64,000 bases of DNA from Dehalococcoidia bacterium (GCA_030740155.1 JASLXV010000008.1:1-64000), one strand, 5' to 3'; shown: positions 27,813-37,600, numbered from the stretch's first letter. The notes: generated by a model from the sequence alone, not told the origin. Translations and numbers: made by a program.

Positions 27813-27912
27813 TGTTACCCCGAGTGAAGCGAGGGGTCTGGGGTGGTGGGTCTAAGCCCTATTGAAGGAACCCCACACCAGATTCCTCGTCGCTTCGCTC
27901 CTCGGAATGACA
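27813..27912. repeat. inverted REP-like doublet
   Basis: TGTTACCCCGAGTGAAGCGAGGGGTCTGG facing the reverse complement TGTCATTCCGAGGAGCGAAGCGACGAGGAATCTGG. Confidence 0.65.
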
Positions 27913-28132
27913 GTTCTAAGGCAGTGCCGATTCCAGTCCATGGGATGTATGCGGCCCCGACTGGGAGTCGGCCGTGGCATGGATTTGCTATGGGCGCGCC
28001 GGGAATCCTCCCCAAACACCGCCGCCTAACCGGCCTTACCGAATCGCTGCGCTGCCGGTACGGGCGGGTCCCGCGGTCCGGCGGCGGCGCGACGCGGTCC
28101 AGGGCCGGAAGGGTGAAATCTAGAGGGAAGGC

Positions 28133-28912
28133 TTAACGGGCGTGATAGATTGGCACCCGTTTCTCCACGAAGGATTTACTGGACTCCTTGAAGTCCTCGC
28201 TGAGGTGCAGGCGCAAAGGCTGGCCGTACATGTCGGCGTCGGCGACGGGCTGCACCCACTGGCGGCGGGACAGGCGGACGCCGGCGCGGCAGGCCAGGGG
28301 CGGCGTTTTCAGCACCTTCTCGGCCAGCTCCTCGGCTGCCTCAAGGTGCTTGCCCGTGGGGACCAGCCGGTTGATGAACCCCAACCGGTACATCTCCGGA
28401 GCGCCCACCGGCTCCCCCGTGATGGCCATCTCGGTGAGGACCTTGGACGGCATGAAGGCGTTCATCTTGGCCCAGACGCCGCCTCCGTAAACGCCTCGCT
28501 TGGTTTCGGTGATGCCGAACATGGCCTCTTCCGAGGCGACGATCAGGTCGCATTCGATGGCGATGGAGATACCCGCTCCCAGAGCGTAGCCGTGAACGGC
28601 GGCGATGACCGGCTTCCAGTTGATGGAGCGGCCCAGGTATCGCTCTGCGCTCCGGCCCCGCGAGGCGGCCGCCGCTTGAAGCGGCGTCATGGAAACGAAT
28701 TGCGACTTGATGTCGGCCCCGGCGCAGAAGCAGCGGCCCGTTCCATAGAGAATGCACACCCAGGCTTCCTCGTCGGAGTCGAACTCCAGAAACGTGTCGG
28801 TAAGGTCGATTTCAACCTGGCTGTTTACCGAGTTGAGGGACCGGGGGCGGTTGAACATAATGTAGCCGATCTTGCCCTTGCGCTCGTAGGTCATCGTCTC
28901 GTATTCAGTCAT
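28133..28912 (-). CDS. enoyl-CoA hydratase/isomerase family protein
   Basis: FCAGADI, KPVIAAVHGYALGAG, FGITE. Confidence 0.9.
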   Translation of the reverse strand: MTEYETMTYERKGKIGYIMFNRPRSLNSVNSQVEIDLTDTFLEFDSDEEAWVCILYGTGRCFCAGADIKSQFVSMTPLQAAAASRGRSAERYLGRSINWKPVIAAVHGYALGAGISIAIECDLIVASEEAMFGITETKRGVYGGGVWAKMNAFMPSKVLTEMAITGEPVGAPEMYRLGFINRLVPTGKHLEAAEELAEKVLKTPPLACRAGVRLSRRQWVQPVADADMYGQPLRLHLSEDFKESSKSFVEKRVPIYHAR

Positions 28913-29169
28913 CGGTGGCTCCTCTTCTGCTGCATTTCCCGTGCTGCCTGCTGGTTCTGCTGGTGAACGGGTCTATTCTACAACCGTTTGCATGGGCTGC
29001 AAGCAAAGGCAGGGTCTAACTTACTGGAGGGATCGCGACCGTGGAACCCTGGCTTGAATTAGCATGACGCTCTATCAAGCTTCTCATTGACCTGTTTCGC
29101 AGGCTGTACTCAGCGGAACCCATTATCCAAGCCAACAAGTTGCACAAGCGGTTGGCTCGTGCGGGGTCG

Positions 29170-29349
29170 CAGTGGTCGCCGGAGTGGGCGGCTCTCTACA
29201 AGCAACGGCAATCTGTTGAGCGTGCGTTTGCTAGACTCAAGGGCCAACGCTCTTTGAACCACATCACTGTTCGGCGGCTGCGGAAGGTTACGGCCCATTG
29301 CTACTTGTCTCTGATTGCGATGCAGGCGGCTTCTCTAGCAATTCGTTAA
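29170..29349 (+). mobile_element. C-terminal remnant of a DDE transposase (IS4/IS5-like)
   Basis: LYKQRQSVERAFARLK...VRRLRKV (YxxRxxVE motif); N-terminus absent. Confidence 0.7.
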
Positions 29350-29980
29350 CCACTACAACGGTATCGTGGATTGCCACCTTCACGTCTTCCGCGTCATAGG
29401 TGACTACCCTGTGGGCCGCTTCGTCACCAAGCCTATGCACTCGTTCAGCGAATTGGTCTGTTTGCAGCGTTAGGGCTGGAGGCGTCATGGCCCTGCCATG
29501 GCCCAAGAGCGGACCAAGGGTTTTGTGGGTTTCGCCGGTGTGGAACTCCAATGCCAACTGGATGGCCCGCCTACACATTACAACTCCGGCCTTATAGGCC
29601 CCCTGAAAGTAACATTCCTCAGCCTCTTCAATCTCTTGAGCAATATCTGGTCTGCTCTCACACAACTGAGATATGAGCTTTCTGGATTCAGTAACGGGCA
29701 TGGCTTCCTGTACATCACGTACTTCATCGTTGTGCATTGAAATGGGCCAGCGGTGGTCGTCCTTAAGGCATGTAAGGACACCCTTCAACCTCATACCTCT
29801 GCTTAGGTCGTCCCTGGGCCTCAATGAAAGGATTGCTTTGTTGCTGTAATGTGGCCTGCCCAAGTGGTCAGTTCCAGCTCCTTTTTCACATACGGCACAA
29901 TTAACAACGACTGCCATTTCGCCCTCCCCCTGTCCGTCTGCGGGGAGTATATCAATCTCCTGTCCGATTTGCTGTTCCAT
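29288..29980 (-). CDS. DUF4145-like (HEPN-related) protein with N-terminal CxxC
   Basis: EAEECYFQGAYKAGVVMCRRAIQ...RLGDEAAH; GGAGG SD; visibly lower GC than flanks. Confidence 0.7.
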   Translation of the reverse strand: MEQQIGQEIDILPADGQGEGEMAVVVNCAVCEKGAGTDHLGRPHYSNKAILSLRPRDDLSRGMRLKGVLTCLKDDHRWPISMHNDEVRDVQEAMPVTESRKLISQLCESRPDIAQEIEEAEECYFQGAYKAGVVMCRRAIQLALEFHTGETHKTLGPLLGHGRAMTPPALTLQTDQFAERVHRLGDEAAHRVVTYDAEDVKVAIHDTVVVVNELLEKPPASQSETSSNGP

Positions 29981-30015
29981 CAATCAAGCCTCCAATAAAT
30001 ATGCAAGAAGCTGAA

Positions 30016-30044
30016 TTGACGCTCATTCTGCCTTGGCATACAAT
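30016..30044 (+). promoter_or_regulatory. sigma70-type promoter for alaS
   Basis: TTGACG-17 bp-TACAAT. Confidence 0.6.
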
Positions 30045-30166
30045 TCCAGACAGTTCAACGTGATCCGTCTCTGGCCCGAGATCTTGCCCCTTCCTTCCTG
30101 GTTTGGGAACTCCGGGACATCGTTGGGACCTAGGCGGTTTGGGGCCGGCAGGCCGAAGGCAGGGCA

Positions 30167-33115
30167 ATGAACGGCGATCAGGTCAGGGACTCCTTCATCA
30201 AATTCTTCGAGAGCAAGGGGCATTTGCACATGCCCAGCGCGTCGCTGATTCCGGCGGGCGATCCGACCCTCTTGTTCACCAGCGCGGGTATGGTCCCGTT
30301 CAAGCCCTTCTTTACCGGGGAGCAGACGCCGCCCTCCCGCCGGCTGACCAGCAGCCAGAAGAGCTTCCGCACCACCGACATCGACGAGGTGGGCGACCAC
30401 AAGCACCTGACCTTCTTCGAGATGCTGGGCAACTTCAGCATCGGCGACTACTTCAAGGAGGGGGCCGTCGCCCACGCCTGGGAGCTGGTTACCCAAGTCT
30501 TTGAGCTGGATCCCGGTCGGCTGTTCGTCACCATCCATCTGGACGACGATGAGGCCTTTCAAATCTGGCGGGACCAGGTGGGCGTCCCCGTGGAGCGCAT
30601 CTACCGCTACGGGGACAAGGACAACTGGTGGGGCCCTGCGGGGAACGAGGGCGCGACTGGACCCTGCTCCGAGCTTCACTACGACGGCGGCGCGGAGAAG
30701 GGCTGCGGCCCCATGGTGGAGCCGGACGTGCTGACCGCCATGTTCAGAGAGGAAGTGGCCGGCGCCGATCCCAAACCTGTGCCCGGCTGCCATCCCAACT
30801 GCGATTGCGAGCGTTTCGTCGAGCTGTGGAACCTGGTGTTCATGCAGTTCTACCAGGACACTACGGGCGCGCGCACCCCGCTGCCGGCCCCCAGCGTGGA
30901 CACCGGCATGGGGCTGGAGCGGGCCGCCACCGTGCTTCAGGGCAAGTCCAGCATCTACGAGACGGACCTGTTCTGGCCGGTCATCCAGAAGATCTGCGAG
31001 ATCAGCGGCAAGTCCTACGGAGTGGACACCGGCACCGACTACGCCCTGCGGGTGGTGGCGGAGCACGCCAGGGCCGCCTCCTTTCTAATCGGCGACGGCG
31101 TGGTGCCGGGTAATGAGGGCCGGGGTTACGTGCTTAGGCGAGTCATCCGGCGGGCCATCCGCTACGGCCGGCGGCTCGGCCTCGAAGAAGCGTTCCTGAC
31201 CCACGTGACCGAATCGGTGCTGCCCCTATTCCGGCACGTCTACCGGGAGTTGCTGGAAAACCACGACTTCATCCTCCGGGTCATCCGCCTGGAGGAGGAG
31301 CGGTTCGCCCGCACCTACGACGACGGGAATTCCATCTTGCGAGGAATGATCGCCAGGCGTCGCGCGGCGGAGCCCCACCTGGCCGGAGTCATCACGAGTG
31401 TCCGAGGGGGTGCTGATGACCCGTCGGATGTGTTGAAACTTCTAATCGGCGGGACGGGGCTAGTCGAAGACTCAAACGAGGCAATTGGGCAGGACCTGGC
31501 TTTCGATGCATTGGCTGGGGCCGTAACCGAGAAGCAGGCTGATGCGGTGGCGGCCTGGCCGGCTCAAATCTCCGGACAAGAGACGTTCGTGTTGTATGAC
31601 ACCTACGGTTTCCCTCCGGAACTGTCCGCCGAGATCGCCCGGGAGCATAGCCTGGAAGTGGACCTGGAGGGCTTCCGAACAGAGATGGACGCCCAAAGGG
31701 AGCGGGCCAGGGCCGCCCACGCCTTCACCGGCAGCATGGAGGTGGTGACTGCCTACGAAAACCTGGGCGTGGATCGGACCGGGTTCGTCGGCTATGACGG
31801 GCTGCACCAGGAGACTGTGGTGGCCGCCATTCTGTTGTTGGACCCTTCGACAGGCTCAGGGCGAGCGGAATCTGCTGGTCAGGCCGTCAAGGGCCGGCAG
31901 GTGGAGCTTGTCTTGGAGGAGACCCCCTTCTACGCTGAGGGAGGCGGGCAGGTCGGTGACCGGGGGACCATCAGCGGCCCCAACGGGCGGGTCCGGGTGG
32001 AGGATACCCAAAGCCCGGTGGCCGGGCTGATCGTGCACCGGGGCGTCGTCGAGGAAGGCGATATCTCCCTGGGTGAAAGGGTATCCGCCCAAGTGGAACC
32101 CTCCCGCCGCCTGGATTCGGCCCGGAACCACAGCGGCACCCACCTGCTCCACGCTTCGTTGCGGTCGATCCTCGGACCCCACGTGCGTCAGGCCGGGTCG
32201 CTGGTGTCGCCGGACCGGCTGCGGTTCGACTTCAGCCACGTCAGCCCCCTTTCGGCCGAGGAGGTCGGGTCGGTCCAGAACCTGGCGAACGCGAGGATCC
32301 GCGACAACCTCCGGGTGTCTGCCCATGAAACAACCTACGCCGAAGCGGTGCGTGAGGGAGCGCTGGCCTTCTTCGGGGACCGGTACGGGGACGTGGTGCG
32401 GGTGGTGTCCATGGCCGGCGGAGATCAACCTGAGGGTGGTGAAAGCGGTCAGGGCGGGCCTTTCAGCCTGGAGGTCTGCGGCGGTACCCACGTGACGGCG
32501 ACCGGCCAGGTGGGCACCCTGTTCGTCCTGGGCGAGTCCAGCATCGGCGGCGGGATGCGCCGTATCGAAGCGGTGACGGGTCAGGCCGCCGAGCGATTGT
32601 TCGTCGACTATGCCGCCAAGCTGGAGAGCCTATCCCACAAGCTGCAAACCCCGGTGGTCGATCTGGAGGCCCGGTTGGACACATTCATCCGGGACACCGA
32701 AGAGCTGCGGCGCCGGTTGGCTTCACTGGAGCGGACCGCGCTCCGGGCCGAAGCGGAGGCGATGCTGAAGCGGTTCGAGGACGTGGAAGGGGTCAAAGTG
32801 GTGGCGGGCCGCACCTCGGCCACCAGCCCCGAAGCCATGCGGGAGATGGGAGATTTCTTGAAGGCCAAGCTTTCCAGCGTGGTCGTGGTCCTGTCGGCGG
32901 TGATCAACGACAGTCCCTTGCTGATTACCATGGTCACCCCGGACCTGGTGGGCAGGGGCCTGCACGCCGGCAACCTGGCCCGCGATACCGCCAAGGTCAT
33001 GGGCGGCGGCGGCGGTGGCCGGCCCGAGATGGCCCAAGCAGGCGGCAAGGAGGTCGAGAAGCTGGAAGAGGCTTTGCAAGCGGTGCCGGGGCTGGTCCGG
33101 AAGGGCCTGTCTTGA
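30167..33115 (+). CDS. alaS: alanine--tRNA ligase
   Basis: DPTLLFTSAGM, FFEMLGNFS, WNLVFMQ, DTGMGLER, editing HSGTH/CGGTH, C-terminal GGGGG. Confidence 0.97.
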   Translation: MNGDQVRDSFIKFFESKGHLHMPSASLIPAGDPTLLFTSAGMVPFKPFFTGEQTPPSRRLTSSQKSFRTTDIDEVGDHKHLTFFEMLGNFSIGDYFKEGAVAHAWELVTQVFELDPGRLFVTIHLDDDEAFQIWRDQVGVPVERIYRYGDKDNWWGPAGNEGATGPCSELHYDGGAEKGCGPMVEPDVLTAMFREEVAGADPKPVPGCHPNCDCERFVELWNLVFMQFYQDTTGARTPLPAPSVDTGMGLERAATVLQGKSSIYETDLFWPVIQKICEISGKSYGVDTGTDYALRVVAEHARAASFLIGDGVVPGNEGRGYVLRRVIRRAIRYGRRLGLEEAFLTHVTESVLPLFRHVYRELLENHDFILRVIRLEEERFARTYDDGNSILRGMIARRRAAEPHLAGVITSVRGGADDPSDVLKLLIGGTGLVEDSNEAIGQDLAFDALAGAVTEKQADAVAAWPAQISGQETFVLYDTYGFPPELSAEIAREHSLEVDLEGFRTEMDAQRERARAAHAFTGSMEVVTAYENLGVDRTGFVGYDGLHQETVVAAILLLDPSTGSGRAESAGQAVKGRQVELVLEETPFYAEGGGQVGDRGTISGPNGRVRVEDTQSPVAGLIVHRGVVEEGDISLGERVSAQVEPSRRLDSARNHSGTHLLHASLRSILGPHVRQAGSLVSPDRLRFDFSHVSPLSAEEVGSVQNLANARIRDNLRVSAHETTYAEAVREGALAFFGDRYGDVVRVVSMAGGDQPEGGESGQGGPFSLEVCGGTHVTATGQVGTLFVLGESSIGGGMRRIEAVTGQAAERLFVDYAAKLESLSHKLQTPVVDLEARLDTFIRDTEELRRRLASLERTALRAEAEAMLKRFEDVEGVKVVAGRTSATSPEAMREMGDFLKAKLSSVVVVLSAVINDSPLLITMVTPDLVGRGLHAGNLARDTAKVMGGGGGGRPEMAQAGGKEVEKLEEALQAVPGLVRKGLS
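31841..31868 (+). repeat. REP-like unit in frame within alaS
   Basis: GACCCTTCGACAGGCTCAGGGCGAGCGG encoding DPSTGSGRA; resembles the dispersed CCCTTCGAC-N-GCTCAGG repeat type. Confidence 0.6.
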
Positions 33116-33151
33116 GGGTTTCATTCGAGCCTATTTACGGGAGTAGGGACG

Positions 33152-33565
33152 CTGAAACTACTGGCACTTGACCTGGGAGAGCGCCGGATCGGTCTGGCGG
33201 TCAGCGACGCCGCAGAGACCCTGGCTTTTCCCGCGGGCCACTTGGTGCGCTCCAATTTGAAGCCCGACGTAGAGCGCGTCCTGGCGATTGCCCGAGACCG
33301 GGAAGTCGAGGGATTCGTCGTCGGCATCCCCTTCAGCTTGAGCGGCGAAATGGGTCCGGGCGCCCGGCGGGCCCGGGGATTCGCCCGCTCCCTCCGGAAA
33401 AACACCGGTCTCCCGGTCTACACGGTGGACGAGCGCTTCACCTCCGTGGAGGCCGAGGGTCTGCTGCGGGAGGCGGGACGTCAACCCTCTCGAGAGAAGG
33501 GCTCCGTGGATGAAGCGGCCGCCGCGCTGATACTGGAACGGTTCCTGAAGCTTCGACGGGAGTAG
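33152..33565 (+). CDS. ruvX: RuvX/YqgF pre-16S rRNA nuclease
   Basis: (M)KLLALDLGERRIGLAVSD, VVGIP, VDERFTS, VDEAAAALIL; N-terminus needs a CTG start at 33152. Confidence 0.88.
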   Translation: MKLLALDLGERRIGLAVSDAAETLAFPAGHLVRSNLKPDVERVLAIARDREVEGFVVGIPFSLSGEMGPGARRARGFARSLRKNTGLPVYTVDERFTSVEAEGLLREAGRQPSREKGSVDEAAAALILERFLKLRRE

Positions 33566-33824
33566 GACCCCTTCCCTAATCCGGTGCACCCTCGCCGCGG
33601 ACCGCCGGGGAGATTGAGCGCCTCTATCGCGACTTATCGGAGCACCTTGATTCCTTCAATGCCCTGTCTTATTGCCCGGTTACCTGCTATATTATAAGCG
33701 TGGGTCTTATCGACATCCGCAATATTCTTATACCTCAGGCCCTCGCACCAGTGAAACCAGGTATCGCGGCCAAATCCGGCACGGGTAGGTTGGTGGCGAT
33801 CTCCCACAGAGTGATGGGGGGGTT

Positions 33825-34553
33825 GTGTTCGGCGAATACATAGAACTCCAAAAACTCCTCGGCGCCATATTGGCCGGGTATTTGCTCGGTTCAATCCCCT
33901 TCGCCTACATCGCGGCCCGGTACCGGGGAATCGACATCTTCAATACCGGCAGCAGAACGGCGGGCAGCGCCAACGTGTTTTGGAACATCGGCCGGCGCCG
34001 CGGCAGCCTGGTCTTCACGGGGGACGTGCTGAAGGGGGCGGCGGCGGTGGCATTCGCCGGGCTGCTGGACGTATCGTGGTCCGTGGCCCTGCTCGCTGGA
34101 GGAGCGGTGATCCTGGGCCATTGGAAGTCGGTCTTCTCCGGCTTTCGAGGTGGCGACGGGATGGCGCCGCTGATCGGCGTCACCCTTACCCTGGAACCTG
34201 GAATGGGGGCCCTGGGCTTCTTGATCGGCATCGGTGTATTGTTGCTCCTGCACCGCTCGCCCCTGCGTTCGGCGTGGGGCGTATCTGCCTGCTTCTTGGC
34301 GATGCTGGGAGTGAGCCAGTACTACCAGGTAGATCGCGACCTGGTGATGGGGCTGGTGGCCTTGGCGATGCTGGTGCTGTTTCACAGCATCATGGGTCGC
34401 CGGGGCCGGATACGTATTCCGGACCAGGAACCGGTCGATCTGACCCTCGAACTCGAACGTGAACTCGACCTGGCCCTCGACCTGAATCTGGAAACGGACC
34501 CAGACTCCGACCCCGATCCCGAAATGGGACCGGCCACCCAAGAGGGCCGTTAG
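33825..34553 (+). CDS. plsY: glycerol-3-phosphate acyltransferase PlsY-like protein
   Basis: GYLLGSIP, GSRTAGSANV, DVLKG, GHWKSVF..FRGGDG; acidic repetitive tail. Confidence 0.82.
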   Translation: MFGEYIELQKLLGAILAGYLLGSIPFAYIAARYRGIDIFNTGSRTAGSANVFWNIGRRRGSLVFTGDVLKGAAAVAFAGLLDVSWSVALLAGGAVILGHWKSVFSGFRGGDGMAPLIGVTLTLEPGMGALGFLIGIGVLLLLHRSPLRSAWGVSACFLAMLGVSQYYQVDRDLVMGLVALAMLVLFHSIMGRRGRIRIPDQEPVDLTLELERELDLALDLNLETDPDSDPDPEMGPATQEGR

Positions 34554-35725
34554 CCGTTCCCCTCCCCAGTGCGCTGCCAGCTCCACTGGAGCCGCCGGAG
34601 CTTCATGACCCAGCCCAGGTTGGCGTCGTCGGCTGCCTCTTCCCGGAGCTGAGGCGCCAAGCTCACCGCTTCTTCCAGGTGCCGGGCGCACCGGTCGAGA
34701 TCGCCGGTCTGAGAGTACAACCGGGCGGCGTTGTAGTGGGCGGCGGCGAAATCCGGAGCCAAGTCCAAGGCTGCAATGTACTCGGCCAACGCTCCATCCA
34801 CGTTTCCCGAGGCCTCCAGCGCCGCCCCCAGGTTGCTGCGGGCTTCGGCGAAATCGGAACGCAAGGCCAGCGCCCGCTGGTAGTCCGCAATGGCCAGCGG
34901 GTAGTCTCCCAGCTCATCGAAGGCCAGTCCCCGGTTGTTGAAAGCCTCGGCGTCCTCGGGCGAGAGCCTGACCACATCCGTGTAATCCGATACCGCTTCC
35001 TCCAGATGACCCTGGTAGTAGTGGGTTCTCGCCCGGTTGAAGAACGCGTTGCTATTCGATGGATTGAATTCCACCGCGGCGGAGTAATCGGCAATCGCCT
35101 GTTCGTGCTGCCCCAGCTCGTCCAGGGAAGCCCCCCGGTTGAGGAAAGCGTTGGACAAGTCCGGCCGCAGCTCGATGACCCTATCGAAGTCCTCGATGGC
35201 CCTGTCGTGGCGTCCCAGCCGGGCCAGGACCAGGCCCCGGTTATAGATGGCCTGGAGATAGTCCGGCTTCAACCCGACGGCCCGGCCATAGTCGGCGGAC
35301 GCCAGCTCATGCTCGCCCAAGTCGTCATAGGTATTGCCCCGCTGGTAGTAGGCCTCAGCCAGGGACGGCTGGCGTTCGGTGACTCTGGTAAACTCGCCAA
35401 GCGCCTCGCCCAACTTCTTCAGCCGGAGGTAGGCCAGCCCCAGGTTGAAACCGGCGTCCGGATGGGCCGGCCGGCGTTCCAGAATTTGTTGGTACACGGC
35501 GGCCGCGTCGGCAAACCGCCGGGCGGCGAAACAGCCGTTGGCGTACACCAGGCTGGCTTCGGCCGGAGGAGCAGCCTCCAGAGCGGCCAGCACCCGCTGT
35601 ATTTCCTGCTGCGCCTGATCGGTCAGTCTCGCCCCCCGAGGCCGGGGAGTGAGGCGGGTGACCCCGATCTCATTTTCGTCAAGCAGTTCGGACAGAGAGG
35701 ATAGCAGCGTGTCGGTTAGTTCCAT
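34550..35725 (-). CDS. tetratricopeptide repeat protein
   Basis: Multiple 34-aa units (AYYQRG, AIYNRG, AFLNRG, AFFNRA, AFNNRG). Confidence 0.9.
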   Translation of the reverse strand: MELTDTLLSSLSELLDENEIGVTRLTPRPRGARLTDQAQQEIQRVLAALEAAPPAEASLVYANGCFAARRFADAAAVYQQILERRPAHPDAGFNLGLAYLRLKKLGEALGEFTRVTERQPSLAEAYYQRGNTYDDLGEHELASADYGRAVGLKPDYLQAIYNRGLVLARLGRHDRAIEDFDRVIELRPDLSNAFLNRGASLDELGQHEQAIADYSAAVEFNPSNSNAFFNRARTHYYQGHLEEAVSDYTDVVRLSPEDAEAFNNRGLAFDELGDYPLAIADYQRALALRSDFAEARSNLGAALEASGNVDGALAEYIAALDLAPDFAAAHYNAARLYSQTGDLDRCARHLEEAVSLAPQLREEAADDANLGWVMKLRRLQWSWQRTGEGNG

Positions 35726-35777
35726 CTTGGCTTTAAGGATAACACCGGGCGTGGCTCAGGGGAACGGCGCGTCCCCG

Positions 35778-35806
35778 TTGATGAATTCAGCCGCCGCCCT
35801 TACAAT
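35778..35806 (+). promoter_or_regulatory. sigma70-type promoter for the glutaredoxin-like gene
   Basis: TTGATG-17 bp-TACAAT. Confidence 0.5.
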
Positions 35807-35844
35807 AAAGTTGGTGTGTTTATTTCTTAACGTGGGAGTCCAAT

Positions 35845-36084
35845 GTGACGCAAACCAGCGAGCCGGCAATTGTAATGTACACTCACCCCTCGTGCGCCTT
35901 TTCGGCGGCAGCCAAGGCGGACTATCGCAAGCGCCAGGTGGAATTCGTCGAGATTGATCTGTCCCTGCAACCGGATGAGATCCCCGGCCTAGAACGGCTG
36001 ACCGGAGGCGAACGGGTCACCCCTGTGATCGTCCACAACGGCGACGTCACCATCGGTTTCAAAGGGGGATATTGAGAATTCTAG
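35845..36084 (+). CDS. glutaredoxin-like UXX-star-type probable selenoprotein
   Basis: MYTHPSCAFS, cis-Pro VTPVIV, IGFKGGY then TGA(36073-36075) GAA TTC TAG = U-E-F-stop. Confidence 0.8.
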
Positions 36085-36088
36085 CTAT

Positions 36089-36103
36089 GGGCCTGTTAGG
36101 CCC
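36089..36103 (+). promoter_or_regulatory. putative SECIS hairpin in the 3' UTR
   Basis: GGGCCU-GUU-AGGCCC, 13 nt after the UGA, loop starting with G, no U-tract. Confidence 0.6.
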
Positions 36104-36246
36104 GCACCCCTGGCACACCCCATCTTCCCTGGTCCCGGCCACGGGGCCGAACCCTCGTCACTGACATCCGCTTGTTGTGGGCTCCGTAAGCCTATGGTAG
36201 GATGCTGCGCAGGCCACCATAGACCAATAACGTGAGGATGACGGGA

Positions 36247-37329
36247 ATGGATAAAGACAAACTCGCAGCTCTGGAAATTGCGCTGGGGCGAATCGAAAAG
36301 GATCACGGAAAGGGCGCGGTAATGCGCTTGGGCGAGGTGAGCGACCAGCTGATGACCGAGGCGATCGCTACAGGCTCTTTGGCGCTGGACATGGCGCTGG
36401 GCATCGGCGGCATCCCCAAGGGACGGGTCACCGAAATCTTCGGGTCTGAATCCGCCGGCAAGTCCACCTTGGCCATCCACATCATGGCCGAGACTCAAAA
36501 AGCGGGCGGCATCGCGGCCTATGTGGACGTGGAGCACGCCATGGACCCCACTTACGCCGCCAACTGCGGCCTGAATCTGGACAACCTCCTCATTGCTCAG
36601 CCCGATAGTGCCGAGCAGGCCCTGGACATTACCGAGCAACTGGTCCGCAGCGGGGCGGTGGACGCGATCGTGGTCGACAGCGTGGCCGCCCTGGTTCCTC
36701 AGGCGGAGATTGAAGGAGACATGGGCGACGCCCATGTCGGTTTGCAGGCGAGGCTGATGTCCCAGGCCCTTCGGAAGCTGACCTCCACCATTCACCGGTC
36801 CCGGACCGCGGTGATATTCATCAACCAACTCCGCGAGAAGATTGGTATCGCCTACGGTAGCCCTGAGGTTACCCCGGGCGGGCGGGCCCTGAAGTTCTAC
36901 AGCTCCGTTCGGATCGACCTGCGACGGGTGGAATCGCTAAAGCAGGGTCCCGAGGCAATCGGCAACCGGGTACGCGCTCGAGTCGTCAAAAACAAGGTAG
37001 CCGCTCCCTTCCGCGTGGCTGAATTTGACATAATGTTCAACCAAGGTATCAGCAAGGTGGGCGACATCCTGGACCTGGCGGCAGCTCAAGGAATTATCAA
37101 GAAGGCGGGGGCCTTTTACTCCTACGGTGATACCCGGTTGGGCCAGGGACGGGAGAACTCCAAGGAATTCATGATTCAACATCCCGAGATCGCTGACTCT
37201 ATCGAAGCCCGGGTACGGGGCCACGCCTCGAATCCGGACGAGCCGGCAACCGGCGAAACAGACTCAGACAACCATCATCAATCCGGCGATACGGTGCCGG
37301 CCTCCTCCGAACCGGAGCCGCCGAAGTAA
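36247..37329 (+). CDS. recA: recombinase RecA
   Basis: [40 protein letters not shown]. Confidence 0.97.
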   Translation: MDKDKLAALEIALGRIEKDHGKGAVMRLGEVSDQLMTEAIATGSLALDMALGIGGIPKGRVTEIFGSESAGKSTLAIHIMAETQKAGGIAAYVDVEHAMDPTYAANCGLNLDNLLIAQPDSAEQALDITEQLVRSGAVDAIVVDSVAALVPQAEIEGDMGDAHVGLQARLMSQALRKLTSTIHRSRTAVIFINQLREKIGIAYGSPEVTPGGRALKFYSSVRIDLRRVESLKQGPEAIGNRVRARVVKNKVAAPFRVAEFDIMFNQGISKVGDILDLAAAQGIIKKAGAFYSYGDTRLGQGRENSKEFMIQHPEIADSIEARVRGHASNPDEPATGETDSDNHHQSGDTVPASSEPEPPK

Positions 37330-37600
37330 ATGGACCACCTCATGGCGAAGGGGGGCCATCGCCGCCGCACCGGGTGGCCGCCCCCCTTCGCCGGGATTGC
37401 CTAAGGTCACCCGGCCCCCGTCCCACGGCCGCTTCGAAATTGGAATGCCCGGGACGGGTCTACCTCGGCCGGCACCCGTCGGTCTTTGATGGACCGGCTC
37501 GGACCCACTGGAAAACCCCAAGGCGAAGATTCGATACGTCCCGCCGGAAGACCAGCTACGAACCTTGCAACTGCAAACCACCCTGGCCAAAGATGAGTAG

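Noticed and set aside
30045..30166. T-box leader for alaS
   Set aside because: Leader is short and has no GGTGGNACC T-box motif
34550..35725. Periodic DNA similarity suggesting a repeat array
   Set aside because: Explained by 34-aa TPR coding repeats; no CRISPR-like repeat-spacer structure
36149..36160. LexA box upstream of recA (GAAC-CCTC-GTCA)
   Set aside because: Two mismatches to GAAC-N4-GTTC in one half; too weak
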